Assembly (NCBI RefSeq): GCF_018350175.1
Contig: NC_058368.1
Coordinates: 206,586,001 to 206,650,000, forward strand
Direction of reading: 5' to 3'
DNA from: Felis catus
Lineage: Eukaryota
Length of the DNA: 64,000 nt
Shown piece after piece: positions 61,840-64,000 of this stretch. Every line of letters starts with the position of its first letter. The first letter of the stretch is position 1. Under the pieces are notes generated by a model that saw only the letters and a program-made list of their open reading frames with translations, did not search any database and had not been told where the DNA came from. The position numbers and the translations under genes are program-made.

Positions 61840-64000
61840 GTAGCCAGGTGGTGGTCTTAATTTTCAGTTCAATGGAATTATTGTTTTGTCTACTGGTGGG
61901 ATCATTTCTTCCTTTGGACCTAAGACCTCCAAGCCAGCAGAACATAAAGTGTGGGGGATAGGAAGCAAAGCTCTTGCTATTGGGTCACTATGGGTAATAG
62001 TGAATGATGCCCCTCCCATTTCTACCCCCTGATTGCTGGAACCATGAATCCTGGTTATGAGAGAAACAGAAGCATATATTGGACATTGATTCAGAGCATT
62101 TATAGTCACCTGGAGAACCTTACCCCAGCCATGAAAGGGATTTTCACCTACTTGGTATTGTAACTGAGTCTTCAAAAGGCCCTTCTACCATTCTTTCAAG
62201 GCAGCTGCTGCAGGATGGTGGGGAACATGGTAAGTCTAGTGAATTCCATGAGGTTGGGCCTATTGCTATATTTCATTTACTGTGAAATGGGTGCCTTGAT
62301 CAGAAGCAATGGTATGTGGAATACCATGTCAGTGGATAAGGCATTTCTTAAGTTCAGGGCTGTCAGTGTTGGCAAAAATATTGTATGCAAGGAAGGCAAA
62401 TCCATACCTATAACGTCTATTCCAGTAAGAACAAAATACTGTCCCTTCCGTGATGGAAGTTGCCCACTATAATGAATCTGTCACCAGATAGTTAGCTGGC
62501 TGATCACCCCAAGAAATGTTAGTGTTGATTTCATACCATGTTCATTTCTCCTGCTGGCTGGTTGGGTACTCAGCAGTGACTGTAGTCATGTCTGCTTTGG
62601 TGAGTAGAAATCCATGTTGCTGAGCCCATGTGTAATGTTCATTCCTGCTACCATGGACAGTTTGCTAATGAACATATGGGCTCCCGTTGGGTGATGACTG
62701 GGGTGGCTGGTAAAAGAGGCTGACTGGTATCCATAGAACAGATTATCCTATTCAAGTAAGTGTTAAAGGTCATCTTCCAACATGGGACATAAATATCTTC
62801 CCCTTTTTGCCCATTCTTGGAGGTCTATTCACATACCTCTTTCCCAGACTTCCTTGTCACCAGTTTTCCAGTCCCGTTCCTTCCAAGTCTCTGACTATTC
62901 AGCCAAACCATTGGCCACAGCCCATGAATGGTAAATAAACACACGTCAGGCCCTTTCACCTTATAAGCAAAATGACCAGCCAGGTACACTGCTTGAAGTT
63001 TTGCCCATTGGGAGGATTTTCTTTCACTACTATCCTTTAGGGATGTCCTAGAGAGGGGCTGTGGTGCTGTGGCTCTCCACTTACAGGTGATGTCTGCATA
63101 TTGTAGAGAACTATCTGCAAAGTAGGCCTAAGTCTTTTCTTCCTCTGTCAGCTATTTGTAGGGAACTCCCCTTGAGACCATAGGTGAAGCCTGGGTGAGA
63201 CAAGGTAGTATAGCTGGAGTAGGGATCATGGGTGTTTGGTCCACTTCATATAATTTATTTGTGCCTTCTGGAACTGTTTGGGCTTGATCTCATATACCCC
63301 ACTTCCATTTGACAAGGGAGTGCTACTGTGCACACTCAACTTTATGAGTTGGTGAGTCAGATTATATTCAGTTCATGATGGACAGTTCAGGTTGTATGGT
63401 AACTTGGTGGCCCATAGTTAAATGTTCAGTCTCTACTAAGGCCTAGTAGCAAGCCAAGAGCTGCTTCTTAAAAGGAGAGTAGATCTCTCAAAGGATGGCG
63501 GGTCTTTTCTCTAAATTTCTAAGGATCTGTAATGAGATTCTCTCATAGGGGCCTGCCACAGGCTCCATCCAGCACCCCTGTCTACCATTGACACTGCTCT
63601 CTGGATCTGGGGGATCATATGGTCCAGTAGCAGAGCAACTTGCGCAGCAGCCCAGATCTGTGCCAAGCCTATTGTTGTTTTGGGCCTTGCTCAAAACTCA
63701 CAACTTTTGGGTAACTTAGTAATGGGCCAAAGTAGCACAGCCAAATGAAGAATTTATTTCTTCCAAAATCCAAAGAGACCCACTAAACATTATACTCCCT
63801 GCCTCCTTCCCTTCCTCCTTCTCTCTCTCTTTTTGATTATAGGGAGAGCCAGATGCAACAACTTACCTTTCACCTTAGAAGAGATATCTGAATATGTTCT
63901 ATAGCATTGGACTCCTAGAAATTTTACTGAGATATAGGACCCTTGAATTTTTATCAGATTTATTTTCTACCCTCTGACATGCAAATGTCTTACCAATAAG
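61840..64000 (-). mobile_element. ERV-L internal pol remnant (RT C-terminus, RNase H, integrase, start of dUTPase-like region); runs off the window
   Basis: Minus-strand peptides LLVRHLHVRG*KIN..KIQG...SVKFLGVQ...KVKGKLLHLA, GPYDPPDP and KTQLQ...GWGKVLQ...ALNQCPIY...RIHGSSNQGVE...SAGLEVL...IPLN match HERV-L/MERV-L pol; many stops and frameshifts. Confidence 0.92.

Overview
Mammalian genomic DNA, almost certainly felid: it carries 23 tRNA-derived Can-SINEs (several young SINEC_Fc-type) and felid-type L1 3' ends. The window is AT-rich and repeat-dense, and I find no intact protein-coding gene. Retroelement orientation is skewed to the minus strand, which suggests a large intron of a plus-strand gene that I cannot name. 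Recognisable content: a full-length RPL27A processed pseudogene nested in an MLT1 LTR inside a MIR; two 5'-truncated L1s in inverted tail-to-tail arrangement about 11.3 kb apart; an ERV-L pol remnant at the right end; LTR16/MLT1 LTRs; many hAT-Charlie, MIR and L2 fossils; and microsatellites. Two signals stand out. First, the two independently inserted L1s show mosaic tracts of perfect identity with shared non-consensus changes, which suggests ectopic gene conversion. Second, the RPL27A retrocopy and its flanks show a strong A/T-to-G/C substitution bias with CpG gain, which suggests GC-biased gene conversion at a recombination hotspot. I see no evidence of a novel multi-gene system. Repeat family names come from recalled consensus sequences and need Dfam/RepeatMasker confirmation; boundaries of old repeats are approximate.
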